Source: Eledone cirrhosa (Eukaryota). Taken from it: a stretch of DNA of 64,000 nt. Below, one piece after another: positions 13,294 to 27,905 of this stretch. The stretch's first letter is position 1. The number at the start of each line of letters is the position of its first letter. The translations under genes and the position numbers were made by a program. The stretch is taken from positions 25,792,001 through 25,856,000 of the forward strand of contig OZ024762.1 of the NCBI GenBank assembly GCA_964016885.1. The letters run 5' to 3'. The notes under the pieces were generated by a model. The model was given only the letters and a program-made list of their open reading frames with translations. It ran no database searches and was not told the origin of the DNA.

Positions 13294-14126
13294 GGCGGAG
13301 CCCATCCCTCTCCAGGCCTGACCTGGTGGAGCCCATCCCTCTCCAGGCCTGACCTGGTGGAGCCCATCCCTCTCCAGGCCTGACCTGGTGGAGCCCATCC
13401 CTCTCCAGGCCTGACCTGGTGGAGCCCATCCCTCTCCAGGCCTGACCTGGTGGAACCCATCCCTCTCCTGGCCTGACCTGGTGGAGCCCATCCCTCTCCA
13501 GGCCTGACCTGGTGGAGCCCATCCCTCTCCAGGCCTGACCTGGTGGAGCCCATCCCTCTCCAGGCCTGACCTGGTGGAGCCCATCCCTCTCCAGGCCTGA
13601 CCTGGTGGAGCCCATCCCTCTCCAGGCCTGACCTGGTGGAGCCCATCCCTCTCCAGGCCTGACCTGGTGGAGCCCATCCCTCTCCAGGCCTGACCTGGTG
13701 GAGCCCATCCCTCTCCAGGCCTGACCTGGTGGAGCCCATCCCTCTCCAGGCCTGACCTGGTGGAGCCCATCCCTCTCCAGGCCTGACCTGGTGGAGCCCA
13801 TCCCTCTCTTGGCCTGACCTGGTGGAGCCCATCCCTCTCCAGGCCTGACCTGGCGGAGCCCATCCCTCTCCAGGTCTGACCTGGTGGAGCCCATCCCTCT
13901 CCAGGCCTGACCTGGCGGAGCCCATCCCTCTCCAGGCCTGACCTGGCGGAGCCCATCCCTCTCCAGGCCTGACCTGGCGGAGCCCATCCCTCTCCAGGTC
14001 TGACCTGGCGGAGCCCATCCCTCTCTTGGCCTGACCTGGTGGAGCCCATCCCTCTCTTGGCCTGACCTGGCGGAGCCCATCCCTCTCTTGGCCTGACCTG
14101 GTGGAGCCCATCCCTCTCCAGGCCTG
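13294..14126. repeat. GC-rich 31-bp minisatellite GGAGCCCATCCCTCTCCAGGCCTGACCTGG(T/C)
   Basis: ~27 near-identical units; stop-free on the minus strand, which produces spurious ORFs in all three frames. Confidence 0.95.
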
Positions 14127-14184
14127 AACACAGCATATTTTTCCCAGAGGAGGATAGAGAGAGAAAGTCAGCAAGAGGTATAGA

Positions 14185-14343
14185 GTAATTATCGAACCCA
14201 CTACTAGATTGGAAGTATTTTTATCGACCTTGAATGACTGGAAGGCTAAGTTGACCTCGGTGAGATTTGAACTCAGACAGCAGAGAGCCAGAATGAATAC
14301 TCTAAGCATTCAATCCAATGTTCTAACTAGTTTTCCTAATTCG
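14185..14343 (-). mobile_element. Diverged tRNA/Nin-domain SINE
   Basis: TTTTATCGACC...AAGTTGACCTCGG..GATTTGAACTCAGA is the reverse complement of the SINE core and B-box. Confidence 0.7.
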
Positions 14344-14351
14344 TCAATATA

Positions 14352-14430
14352 CAGGGTGTCCCCCAAAAATGTATACACTCTTCAACAACATTCTAATAAA
14401 TATGTGTATACATTTTTGGAGGACACCCTG
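14352..14430. mobile_element. 79-bp Tc1/mariner-type MITE with TA target duplication
   Basis: TA-CAGGGTGTCCCCCAAAAATGTATACAC ... GTGTATACATTTTTGGAGGACACCCTG-TA; a solo end of the same family lies at ~9579-9610. Confidence 0.85.
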
Positions 14431-14609
14431 TATTTACAATATACTGACTTCTGGCACACGGCCAGCAGTTTTTTCGGGAAAAGGACGAAGTTGATTAAAT
14501 TTAAATCAACCCAAATATTTGACCCATATTTTACAGATCCCGGAAGAGTGAAGTGTAAATTTAACCTTATTGAGATTTGGACTTCAACGCAGGGAGACAG
14601 GCATTTTCG

Positions 14610-16205
14610 ATAGAACGTCGGACTATATGCTTCGCAGCATAGAGTTACAGCCCTTTACGTTCTGAGATCAAATTCCGCCGAGATTAGCTTTACCTTACGG
14701 GCTTAATAAATAAAGCACCAGTAATGCATTGGGGTTGATTTAATTGACTTTCCCCTCCCTCAAATTACTGGCCTTGTGCCTATAGTAGAAATTATTATTA
14801 GAGGGCGGTGGATTGGCAATTGGACGCCATGCTTTGCAGCATAGAGTTACGGCCCTTTATGATCTGAGTTCAAATCCCGTCGAGGTTAACTTTGCCTTTT
14901 ATCCTTACGGGGTTGATAAAATAAAGTACCAGTCACGCACTGGGGTCCATTTAATCGACTTCTCCTCTCCCCCAAAAAATTGCTGGCTTTGTGCCTATAT
15001 AAGAAACCATTATTTGAGGGCGGTGGATTGGTAGCATCGTGGAGCATCGGGTACCATTATTTGCAGCATAGAGATACGGCCCTTTACAGTCTGAGTTCAA
15101 ATCTCGCCGAGGTTTCATCTTTAAGAGGACGATAAAATAAGCACCTGTAATGTACTGGAGTCAATCTAATCGATTTTCCACTCTCTCCCAAAAATCTTAC
15201 TGATCATGCACCAATATTAGAAACATTAAATATCCCATGGAAATTTGGCCACCTTTAAAACGATCCTAACATTTTACGTTCTGAGTTCAAATCCCACTGA
15301 GGTGAGCTTTATCTTTCATCCTTACGGGGTCAATAAAATAAAGAACCAGTAATGCACTGGGGTCGATTTAATCGATTTTCCTTCCAAAACCCCGCCCAAA
15401 ATTACTGGCTTTGTGCCTAAATTAGAAACAATTATTAAATAACCTAAGGCGGTGGATTGGCAGTATCGGTAGAGGGTCGGACACCATGCTTTGAAGCATA
15501 GAGTTACCTCCCTGTATGATCTGAGTTCAAATCCCGCCGAGGTTAACTTTGCCTTTCATCCTTACGGGGTCGATAAAATAAAGTACCAGTAATGCACTGG
15601 GTAATTGCTGGCCTTGTGCCAAAAGTAGAAACAATTATTAAATAACCTTTATAACAATCCTACAATTTTACGTTCTGAGCTCAAAACCCGCCGAGGTTAT
15701 CCTTGTCATTCATCCTTACGGGATCGATAAATAAAGTACCAGTAATGCACTGGGGTCAATTTAATCAACTTTCCCTTCCTCCAAATTGTTGACCCTGTGC
15801 TTAAATCAGAAACAGGTGAAGAGTCATGACTCTTTACGTTCTGAGTTCAAATCCCGCCGAGGTTAGCTTTGCGGGGTCAATAAAAGTACCAGTAATGCAT
15901 TGGGATGGGATCGTTTTAATCGATTTTCCTTCCAAAACCTCCCCAAAATATTACTGGCCTTGTGCCGAAAATAGAAACAATTATTATATAACCCACAGAA
16001 ATTTGGCCAGTTTTATAAATATCCAACCAATTTACGTTTTGAGTTCAAATCCCGTTGAGGTTATCTTTGCCTTACGAGGTTGATAAATAAAGCACCAGTA
16101 ATGCGCAGAGATCAATTTAATCGATTTTCCATTCCCTCCCTCAAACAATACTGGCCTTGTGCTTAAAGTATAAACAATTATTAAATATCCCACGGAAATT
16201 TGGCC
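14610..16205 (+). mobile_element. Tandem array of ~8 tRNA-derived Nin/Deu-domain SINE copies
   Basis: Repeated A-box-like GGCGGTGGATTGGCAG, B-box GAGTTCAAATCC, core TTTGCCTTTCATCCTTACGGGGTCGATAAAATAAAGTACCAG, 3' GGCCTTGTGCC..AAAGTAGAAAC(ATT)n. Confidence 0.85.
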
Positions 16206-16613
16206 AACATTATAACAAACCTACCACTTGACACCACCAACAGCTTTAGTAAAAAATAATAAATATATTTGGCACGTTGGCTTTTTCTCCCCAATTCAAC
16301 TAACTCGATTCGTTCAAATGGTAAATATTTACAAGATATTGTCAGGATATAGTTGTTTACAAGCTATATATGGCTTCTATTTTGAATGGTAGATTCCTCC
16401 CCATCAATTGGCATGATACTCCAAGTGAATAAGACATTTCGTTTTGCTTTGTTTTTGGTTTGTTTTGTTTTGTTGTATGTGTTTTTTGTTTTTTTGTTTT
16501 TTTTTTTGTTTTTTTTGTTTTTATTTTCAATTTATTATTATGTTCACTTATCGATCTGTTTAATTTGAGTCAAAACAAAAGAGGAAATATTTTGTATGAT
16601 TTCGTATGACTTA

Positions 16614-16712
<99 letters not shown>

Positions 16713-16786
16713 AGTTATTCCGGGTTGAATCGGAGGTAACCACAGTAGGTATACATAGTAGAGTATAAAAGTTTTAATATAGATAA

Positions 16787-16835
16787 GATTCTACAGGACT
16801 AGAACTGTTTCATTCTTTAGAAATCATCAGGAATC
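16787..16835 (-). ncRNA. Hammerhead-like motif in short TA-inserted element (16710-16860)
   Basis: Minus strand GATTC-CTGATGA-T-TTCTaaAGAA-T-GAAA-CAGTTCTA-GTC-ctgtaGAATC; stem I offset by 5 nt. Confidence 0.5.
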
Positions 16836-16946
16836 AGCATAGCCTCTTTACCTGTATTGTTGTGTGTATATATATGTACAAAAATACAGGTAAAGAGGCT
16901 AGGCTGTGACATATATATATCCATATATATATGCATAAATATATAT

Positions 16947-17061
<115 letters not shown>

Positions 17062-17074
17062 TATATATATATAT

Positions 17075-18168
<1,094 letters not shown>

Positions 18169-18214
18169 CATATATATATGAATATATGTATAGTATATTA
18201 GGCAATATAGTGTA

Positions 18215-18490
18215 TGGTTAATTAAAATCATTTTGAAGACCTTGCGCTATTATTTTAAAGAAGTGACTATGGCACTTACTACTTTTTTCAAAAAACAAAG
18301 GGAGAAAAGCTGACAGATCTGTTTCACATTGTTGGTGATCATCAGAGCTTAGCACTCGCCGATGTTTGTTGAAAATTATAGATCCTGGATTCTTATAGAA
18401 TTCCAGTAATAATCAGGAACTGATTATGCAGAGCAATTGCCGCTTCAGTAAAAATTGAAAATTAGGATTGGTGCTCTGAAATAGCGATGT
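18215..18490 (-). mobile_element. HHR-bearing short element (family B)
   Basis: Reverse-complement homologue of 37600-37875; flanked by TA-rich microsatellite. Confidence 0.7.
18307..18351 (-). ncRNA. Type I hammerhead ribozyme motif
   Basis: Minus strand AAGCT-CTGATGA-tcaccaacaatgt-GAAA-CAGATCTG-TC^AGCTT; stem I AAGCT/AGCTT, palindromic stem III ACAGATCTGT, weak stem II. Confidence 0.75.
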
Positions 18491-18541
18491 ATACATGAAT
18501 ATATATATATATGTGTGTGTCTGTATATATGTGTATGTATG

Positions 18542-18577
<36 letters not shown>

Positions 18578-18852
18578 TAGATATATTTAGTTATGTAATA
18601 AACAACATAAGGCAATTATTCCATTTACCAGTGGTTTCTTAAAAGCAAAAAAATTTGCTTTCAATCATCAGAATGAAAAAATCCTGGTCTGTTTATTGAA
18701 TTTGGATATTAAAAACAAAAATGCAATCTATATGAAAGTGAGGCTGGTGAAAGAATAAGGAAGGGAAAAATAAAATAAAAACACACATGCAAACACACAC
18801 ACACACACACACACAGACACACAGACACACACACACACACAAAAGCATACAT

Positions 18853-18885
<33 letters not shown>

Positions 18886-19038
18886 CACTCATACATACAC
18901 ACACACATATACACATATATATAAATACACACATACATATACACATACATACATACACACATAAATATCAACACATCCATGCATATACATACATATATGC
19001 AACCACACACACATATATACACACATATATATATAGAA

Positions 19039-19076
<38 letters not shown>

Positions 19077-19524
19077 TACACATACACATACATAGCCATA
19101 CACACATACATATACATACATACATGCACACAATCATACCTATATACACACGTACATACATACACATACATAAATGAATACATATGCATGTACAAAATTA
19201 GAAAAATATACACACACCTCTACATATTCACACACGCAAATAAATATAAGAATATATATAAAAAATAATATATAAAAAATATATATAAAAAAATAAAATA
19301 ATAAAGACTGTTATACAGTTGACAGCAATACAAGCGACGAATAAATGAACAAACACGCGTGGTAAGCAATACACACAAATGCACGTACACATACGTACGA
19401 AAAAGTAAATACATACACACACTCTCACACATAAATATACATATACAAATACATAAACACATACAGACGCATACACAAATACATACACAAACACACACAT
19501 ATACATATATGCACACACATATAC

Positions 19525-19599
<75 letters not shown>

Positions 19600-19713
19600 C
19601 ACACACACACATACACACATATATTTATACATACACACACATATACGTACATAGCTATACAATTATACACATACAAATACGTACATATCACAAACACGCA
19701 CAACCAAATACAA

Positions 19714-19813
<100 letters not shown>

Positions 19814-19827
19814 AAAACACAATCTTA

Positions 19828-20583
19828 GATAATTCATATGAAATCCCTCGCTTGGCAGTGCTACCGAAGGGCACTGCCGGTTCGGGATAAACTCTAGAGG
19901 CACGGAAGTGCTGTCAGACGCACCTTCCCAAGATGCGCACAGAGCCACGAAACCGTTCTGCACGCACTTGTCCAATGTCCGTGTATTACTGACTTATGTC
20001 GAACAGCTACTGTCGCGTGTGGAACGGATCCGGCTATCGGCCGAGTCGATAGTAAAGATCGACCCGCCGCCTTCCTCTGGACGGGAAGAGCAGACAATTT
20101 TCCTCTGTCTGGTGGCAGTTGCGAAAGAGGTTATATGGTGTACCAGAATAAAAAGACTGAAGACGGACACTTTTCTCTTCGGCCAATCCCTCATCAACTT
20201 CTTCAAGTTTCACCTGGAAAGGAAGGTGAGGGTGGAGAGAGAAGTGCTGACCCCCAGAACATTTATTAAAAAGTGGATGAATGTGGCGACTCTGACCATG
20301 CGCCTATAGGCTAGCTAACTTGAGGAGAGGGGTGCTCTCCCCGGGTGCCCTAGAAGCGCAGGGCGGTTCAGGTTTGGTGGGGTACCTTAGTCATCCCTGG
20401 GTCGTCCACCCCAATAGGGGAATTTATGTATTTTGTTATATTTATACATAGTTTATTTTATATTTGTATATCTTTATTGTTAAATTAGTCTTGCCATTGT
20501 ACTCGACCTTATTGTTAACCCCCACTGTCCCTGTCTTTGTATTGTCCCCTACATCTCGGACCTTGTGGCCAATAAATGAAATC
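19828..20583 (+). mobile_element. Tx1/L1-clade LINE 3' fragment
   Basis: ORF2 C-terminus (EQLLSRV..R, FFKFHLERK) homologous to 26772-27341; ends AATAAATGAAATC(ATT)n. Confidence 0.85.
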
Positions 20584-20598
20584 ATTATTATTATTATT

Positions 20599-20775
20599 GG
20601 CAGTATCGGTAGAGGGTCGGACGCCATGCTTTCCAGCATAGAGTTACGACCCTTTACGATCTGAGTTCAAACCCTGCCGAGGTTGACTTTGACTTTCATC
20701 CTTACGGGGTCGATAAAATAAAGTACCAGTAATACACTGGGTAATTGCTGGCCTTGTGCCTAAAGTAGAAACAAT
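20599..20775 (+). mobile_element. tRNA/Nin-domain SINE
   Basis: Same B-box, core and 3' end as the 14.6-16.2 kb array. Confidence 0.9.
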
Positions 20776-20780
20776 TATTA

Positions 20781-21545
20781 TTGAAAAGGAAGGTCAGGGT
20801 GGAGAGGGAAGTGCTCTCTTCCCAGCAATTTGTTAAAAGATGGGTGAGAGAGGCAAGTATAGCCCGAGTGAATGGACCTGCTCTGAGTATGTGTCTGTAA
20901 ATTGAAGGTCGAAAAATGTGAGAGGGCACTTGCCCTGGTGGTCAGAGTCACCTGTAATTTTCTTAATGAGCTTTCTCCACGAGTGTCCCTCCGAAGTCTC
21001 CCCCTTATTGGGGAATTTTCCTTTGTTTCATTTTTTTGTCATTTCCTTTTTTTCTCTTTACACACAAAAATGGGCATTTGTATCGTCCTGTACCGTCCTG
21101 TACCGTCCTGTACCGTCCTGTGCTGTCCTTGGTGTTGTACTTTATGTCAACCATTGTGGTTAATAAAGAAAGCATCATTATTATTATTATTGAAAAGGAA
21201 AATCAGGGTAGAGAGGGAAGTGCTCTCTTCCCAGCAATTTGTTGAAAGATGGGTGAGAGAGGCAAGTATGGACCGAGTCTATGCCTGTAAATTAAAGGTG
21301 GAAAACTGTGAGGGGGCACTTGCCCTGGTGGTCAGGGTCGCCGTGGCTTTTTTTAATGGGCTTTCTCCACGATGGCCCTCGGAAGTCTCCCCCTATTGGG
21401 GAATTTTTCATTGTTCTTCTTTTGTTACACCCTCTGTTTTGTTTTGTTTTTTACACGCAGAAATGCCCATTTGTACCGTCCTGTATTGTCCTGTACTGTC
21501 CTTAATGTCTACTTTATGTAAACCCTTGTGGTTAATAAAGAAATC
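20781..21545 (+). mobile_element. Two tandem short Tx1/L1-clade LINE 3' ends (20781-21175, 21190-21545)
   Basis: Both start TTGAAAAGGAA (LKRK) and end AATAAAGAAA..C(ATT)n; 3' UTR matches 29542-29913. Confidence 0.85.
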
Positions 21546-21596
<51 letters not shown>

Positions 21597-21819
21597 GTTG
21601 TTGTTGTTGGTGAAGCCACGCTTCTTATCGCCTCCAGTTATTTTTCAACGTTTTACCTCGTTTTCAACCGTTCTAAACCTTTTATTCAAGTTTTAAACTT
21701 GATAAAAGTTTAGAAGTGACCCACCTAATACAGGGGTTCACTAGTAAATAATACGGCACCCCTTTACGGGGTGTCGTATTCGTATTTGTATAAAAATATT
21801 TTTTGAACAAAATTTCAAC

Positions 21820-23860
21820 ATGGATAACACAAGAAACAGAGAGAGCGCTGTCAGACAACACAGAGAGGGGGAGACTTTATCAGCATGTCAACAAGACAGC
21901 GTTCCAGCGGCGGTAAATATAAACGAAAATATTACAAAGGCAAAGAAGATTGTTACAGATTTAAAATTAACTAATATTTCTAACACAAACAACACCAACA
22001 ATAACACCAACAACAACACCAACAACAACACCATCAATAACAACAGCAACAACAAAAATAACAGCGGTAAGGTTGAGAACGACAATAAGAATGACAATAA
22101 CAACAGCCACAACAACAATAATAGTAGGAAGAGTATCAACAAAAACAACAATAATAACAACAGCCACAATAAGAGTAACAACAGCAACAGTATCAACGAA
22201 AACACAAACAACAACACCAACAACTGTACCAACGAAAACATCAACAATGACATCGATACCTGTAACAGTAAGACCAGTAGCGGCAGCAATAGTGGTGCTG
22301 CTAAAAAAGGACCACTTCTTTTGCAGGTGCCGCCCGAAATATCGAAACAGTGTTAGTCACAGAGGAGGAGATGGCAGTCGCAAGGGCCATGGTGACAAGA
22401 AGCGCCAATAGAGTCTCCCTGAAACCTCCACCAGATTTTTTCAAGGACCAGCAGCTACGGACGGTGACGTACCGCACCGTAAGCAACATCTCACATCGGG
22501 TGGAGAGAGCCACGGAGGCTCAAATCCAAAAGGCTTGGGGTGCGAATGGGCACGCAAAACCCACATCACTCGAGGCAGAAAGTACGCCAGAGTAGACGTA
22601 CTTTTCGCCACTCCCAGGAACCAAAGTGTCACTCTTTGGAAACCCTAAAGAGTGAGGAGATAGTCTTGGTTCCCTCCTACTGCGGGCAGAAAATTGTGAG
22701 GGTCAAAGTGACCCAGGTCCCACCCGAGGTGCCCATACCTTGGCTGGCCGCGTCTGTCCTTGTTGGAATCGATAACAGGACGACCATGCTGCAAGTAGAG
22801 AAAATAGGGAGAGAAAACTGGTCAGGTATAGGCATGCAAATGCTTATACAAACTGACCAGGAATGTATCGACGCTAACCCCGATATCATAGACATCGAGG
22901 ACGGGCTCCAACTCCCTATAAGCGTAGAAGGAAGACGGCCAAAATGTTATCTCTGTGGGTCGAAGGGTCACCTCAGGGCCTTTTGCCCGCAGAAGACAGC
23001 GAAGAAGAAGGCTCCTCTCCTTTCCATACCTGGTCCGTTGCTACCAAGAGCAGGGCATGCAACAAACGCAGAAACCCCTTCACCGTGGAAGGGGCAACGT
23101 CTGTGGCACCTGTACCAAGGCCACGGACAACTAAAGCAGTAGCATCATCAGTAACGGCAACACAAATAGCTACATTTGAAGTAGCTACACCAGCAACAAA
23201 ATTGCCGAAGAGGGCTCCAATACCACCACCAACAGCCGTGGAGCACATACCCCTCCCAGACGCTACGGAATCCGTCATGGAGTTTGAGGCGGGAGTGAAG
23301 AGGCAAACGGTCTGCCACAAAAAGAAAAGAGAAAAAAATCCCCTTAGATTGACCCTCCAAAAGCTACGGCACACAAAGAGGGGTAAAGGCAGCAAGGAAA
23401 CTTGCAGCAACACCACCACCATCACCACCACAAGTGCCACTGACAACAACAAATACACCACCACCAGCATCACCAAAAACACCAACAACGCAAACAAAAC
23501 AAAACACACACACCAAACAGCAGCAAGAAGAAAACAGCAACAAAATCACCCCTCTCCCCACAAAAAGTACACAGCCATAAACATGGCAAAAAAATAACTC
23601 ATACAATATATAAAGCAGCACACAGACATCACAGAAAAAAACTATTACACTCCACCAACACCAAGAACTTTCCCGACAAACATAAGCATCATTGAAATCT
23701 CAATAGAACGGTACAAACCTTTAAAACAAAAATTCCCCAACCCATTTGGAGACTTCAGAGGGTCGGTTTCCAAGAGGATATACACTGACATCCTCTTGGA
23801 AACACCCATGACCAGCGAAAGGGACGGTTCTACTGTCCCTTCACCACACGATCAAGGTAA
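21820..23860 (+). pseudogene. LINE ORF1 (gag-like zinc knuckle), frameshifted
   Basis: Fragments 21820-22356, 22350-22595, 22540-23142 (VEGRRPKCYLCGSKGHLRAFCP), 22944-23597. Confidence 0.75.
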
Positions 23861-23896
23861 GTGACCCTTTCTCACTTGCCCCGTTTCTCATCCAAC

Positions 23897-26800
23897 ATGG
23901 CCGTACTCAGAATAGGCAGTATAAATGCACGTGGCCTGGGGTCATCTTGGAAGCAGGGTCACTTACTCAACGACCTCAGGTCACTAAACATAGATGTGGT
24001 GGCCATCAGTGAGACCAGAATCTCCGAAGCACAGGCCTTCGCACCGATCTTCGGCGGCTACGATGTATACGCATCTCCCAGCCGTCCAGGATCGGGGGTG
24101 GGGTTGCTGTCCTTTTTCGGAGAGGCTTGGATCTCGCCATACCGGCCATCTTTCTAGACCCAGAAGGTAAGTCGGTAGTGCTGACGTGACCGGCAGCGAA
24201 GGCAATGCTTTCAGGCTAGTAGCCGTCTACGCCCCAACAGGGGCAGGACGGCCAGATTTCTTCAGACGTCTAGAGACCTTTGTTGGAACGTCCCGCTCTT
24301 TAGTGTTAGTGGGCGACTGGAATGGTATCTTGGATGCACGCTGGGATTGTGTGGGGGTAGTGGATAGGGTAGGAGGGTGCAAGAGCCTCACCAACCTGCT
24401 CAGACGTTTTGAACTGTCTGACAGGTATCGACTGGATCACCCTAATGTGCCAATATGGACATGGACAAACCGCATCTGGTCATCCAGATCGTTTCTCGAT
24501 AGGGTATTCTGCAGAGAACTAGATAAGGCTGGTATAAGTTGTCCACAATTTAAAATAGTCGACTACACAGACCACAAATTTGTGATCTGTGAGATCGACA
24601 TAGACAGACTTCATAGACAAGAGCCCGGTTACTGGAAGCTGAACGCGTCTTTCCCCGCGCACAAAGCCTACAGAAACCGGATTAGCGTATTAGTTAAGCG
24701 AGCGTTGACGGGAGCGGTCCTCAACAACAGGTGGTGGTTCGTCCTGAAAACGGCAATTAAAGTAGAGTCGATTAGGTTTAGCAAAGGACTAGTGATAGAG
24801 GACAATAGAGCAGAGGGAGAGCTAGTCAGAAAGGTAGAAGAGGCGTTTAGGACAGGCATCGTAACCGACGTGCTTGCGGCGAGATTGGCACTCGACCAAT
24901 TCTTCAACGCTGTCAGAGCTAGAGCGCGTGCTCTGAAACACGAGGGGACAAAAGCCGTCCAATGAGCCCTGGTGGCAGAGGCGCGACGTGACAACAAAGC
25001 CACAATTCGGTCTTTGTCTGACGAAAACGGGTGCGTGTTGCTCGAACCCGTGCAGATGTGTGAAGCTTTTCAGCAGCACTTTTCTGAACTGTTCGGGAGC
25101 AGGGGTGGCTCGGATTGGGGCATGGACTTCAGTGCATACCTCGACGGACTGCCTCGGCTCTCGACGACCGCAGCACAGTGTTGCGAAAAGCCAATAACAG
25201 CCGGTGAAATACGGGCAGCGATGGCTAACTGCACGAGGGATGGTCTGCCCTACGAGCTTTATGCATTTATGCCAGACTTGTTCGGTAACCTCTTGGCAGA
25301 CGTCTACTGCAACTGGCAGCAGAACGGGAGCATTCCCAGTTTTGTAAGCCGGGGAGCGGTGGCGCTGCTGAGAAAAGACCCGAACGAGGGGGATGTTATC
25401 GATAATTTCATGCCCATAACCCTGCTAAACACAGAGTTCAAGATTTTGGCCAAGGTGTTAGCAACGAGGTTGGCGCTTGTCGTCAAGGGTCTGGTGGGAG
25501 AGGTGCAGACATGCGCCATTCCGAACAGATCCATACACGACAACCTCCATCTCAAGCGATACATCATAGAGAGGGTGGTTAAGGAACCTGGCACGGGTGG
25601 GGCCCTGATCAACTTGGATCAATCCAAAGCATTTGATAGGGTCGACCATCGGTACCTCGATGCAGCCGGTTTCGGGCCCGTTTTCAGGGGTTGGATCGCT
25701 GCGATGTATAGCGACATCTGCTCAGTTGTGAGGGTAAACGGTCACCTGGCGCAGCCGTTCAGCATCATGCGCTCAGTCCGCCAGGGTTGTCCCCTCTCGT
25801 CCCTCTTGTACGTATTGACTCTCGAGCCGTTACTGCACAAACTCGGGGCGATGAGGGGCGTCCCACGCGAACTAGGATGCGGGAAATCCGAATCGGCTTT
25901 CTCCGACAACGTCACCATGGTGGTGTCGAGCACCAGGAACGTCCAGATGCTCGGCACCGCTCTCAAGGAATATGAAGCGGTGACAGAAGCAAAGATAAAC
26001 CAGTAAAAGTCGGTGGGCTTGAAGCTCGGCACCTGGAGCGGCAAGTCAATGCCGTCCGATATCGTCGTGGGCCGTTGGACGGACGCACCGGTTAAATTGC
26101 TCGGGGTCTGTTTCGTAACTGCACGAGGGATGGTCTGCCCTACGAGCTTTATGCATTTATGCCAGACTTGTTCGGTGACCTCTTGGCAGACGTCTACTGC
26201 AACTGGCAGCAGAACGGGAAAAACTGGAACGACGTGACGAGCAAGGTGGCCTCCCTCACCCAGAAATGGGCCGAGAGGAAGCTGAAAGGCCGGGCGGAGG
26301 AGGCGAACGCGTACATCGCATCCGTAATCTGCTACCGCCTTACCGTCGTCCTTTGCCCCGGCCCAACTCTCACCAAAATGGAGCGCCTCCTCTTCCGTTT
26401 TTTGTGGAAGGGACGCGCTCCCATGGTCAGACGATCCATCTGCTGTCAACACCCGTTGCATGGAGGACTGGGCATGCCATGGCTGAAGCTGCGACATCTC
26501 TGGTGCTTCCTTGACGGTGAACAGGTGTGGTCGCCGTTCGCCAGGCACGTTTTCCCACAGTTCGTCTCCTTGACGGAGCTGCAGTCCTGGGTCAGAAAAA
26601 GACCGAGGGATAGCTCTTGGAAACCGGAATGTCTCCAGGCACTCACTGCCCTCTGCCAGCTGGGCACCAGTATCGGTGGAACATCCACCTCAGCGTTCTA
26701 TAGAGGACTAGTGGAAGAGAAGCGCGACGACGTTCTCGTAGAGAGCCTGGGCGTCGAAGAAGATCAGCTGTTTGCTCTCTTCCGGAGAACTTTCAGCCCA

Positions 26801-27341
26801 GGGCCTATGGATAACTTCCAAAAATCTCTGGCCTGGCAGTGCTACCGCGGAGCGCTACCGGTTCGAGATAAGCTCTACAGGCACGGAAGTGCCGTCAGCC
26901 GAGCCTGTCCGAGATGCGCGCAGAGCGATGAAACCGTCGTGCACGCACTCGTTCAATGCTCGGGCACTCGTTCAATGCCCGAGCATTGCTGACTTGTGGA
27001 GCTATGTCGAACAGTTGCTGTCGCGTGTAGGACTGATCCGGTTATCGACTGAGTCCATTGTGCAGATGGTCTCACCGTCTTCCTTCGAGGAGGAAGGGCA
27101 GGCGGTTTTCATCTGCCTGGTGGCCATGGCGAAAGAGATTGTGTGGTGGACAAGGTTGAAAGGGTTAAAGACAGACACTTTTCTCTTCGGCGAATCCCTA
27201 ATTAACTTTTTCAAGTTTCACTTGAAGAGGAAAATCATAGTGGAGAGGCAAGTGCTGCCTTCTAGCAAGTTTGTTGAAAGGTGGGTGAATGTAGCGAGAA
27301 TGGTCCGAGTGAACGGGACCGCTCTGAATATACGTCTGTAG
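23897..27341 (+). pseudogene. LINE ORF2 (APE endonuclease-RT-zinc finger), disrupted
   Basis: ORF fragments 23861-24157, 24186-24965, 24972-26006, 26159-26992, 26772-27341; YADD degraded to FSDN. Confidence 0.9.
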
Positions 27342-27644
27342 TTTGAGAGATGGAAAAATTGAGAGAAGGCGCTTGCCCTGCTGGCCAGGGTGGCCGTGGT
27401 CTTTTGTGTGGTTTTCGCCACGAGTAACCCTCGGAGGTTTCCCCCCTATTGGGGAATTTTTCATTGTTTCAATTTTCATTTTTATTGTTTATATATATGT
27501 TTCTATGTCCTTTTTTTTTTCTTTTCTTATATAAATAATAAAAATATTTACACGCACAAAACCCACATCGTACCGTCCTGTACCGTCCTGTGCCGTCTGT
27601 CATGTTTTTCTTGATGTCAGCCCTTGTGGCCAATAAAGAAATCA

Positions 27645-27836
27645 GGCGGTGGATTGGCAATATTGATAGAGTGTCGGATGCCATGCTTTGGCGCATAGAG
27701 TTACGGCCCTTGCCATTCTGAGTTCAAATCCCGCCGAGGTTAACTTTGCCTTTCATCCTTACGGGGTCGATAAAATAAAGTACCAGTAATACACTGGGTG
27801 ATTGCTGGCCTTGTGCCTAACGTAGAAACAATTATT
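27645..27836 (+). mobile_element. Full-length tRNA/Nin-domain SINE
   Basis: GGCGGTGGATTGGC...GAGTTCAAATCC...GTAGAAAC followed by long (ATT)n. Confidence 0.9.
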
Positions 27837-27851
27837 ATTATTATTATTATG

Positions 27852-27905
<54 letters not shown>

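Larger units (their letters stand above)
21610..27643 (+). mobile_element. Near full-length, frameshifted Tx1/L1-clade LINE
   Basis: ORF1 with zinc knuckle CYLCGSKGHLRAFC; ORF2 APE endonuclease (SINARGL, AISET, VGDWN, LDR, TDH), RT (LDQSKAFDRVDH, VRQGCPLS), C-terminal CPRC..E..HAL..C; polyA signal AATAAA. Confidence 0.92.

Noticed and set aside
13200-14309. 281-369 aa ORFs as real genes, or a CRISPR array
   Set aside because: Stop-free 31-bp tandem repeat open in all three minus frames; no unique spacers; eukaryotic context.
14610-16205. tRNA gene cluster
   Set aside because: A/B boxes are present but there is no cloverleaf; they are followed by the SINE core and (ATT)n tail.
25742-26548. 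268-aa antisense ORF in the LINE
   Set aside because: Shadow of a GC-rich coding strand; no motifs, and it spans a rearrangement.
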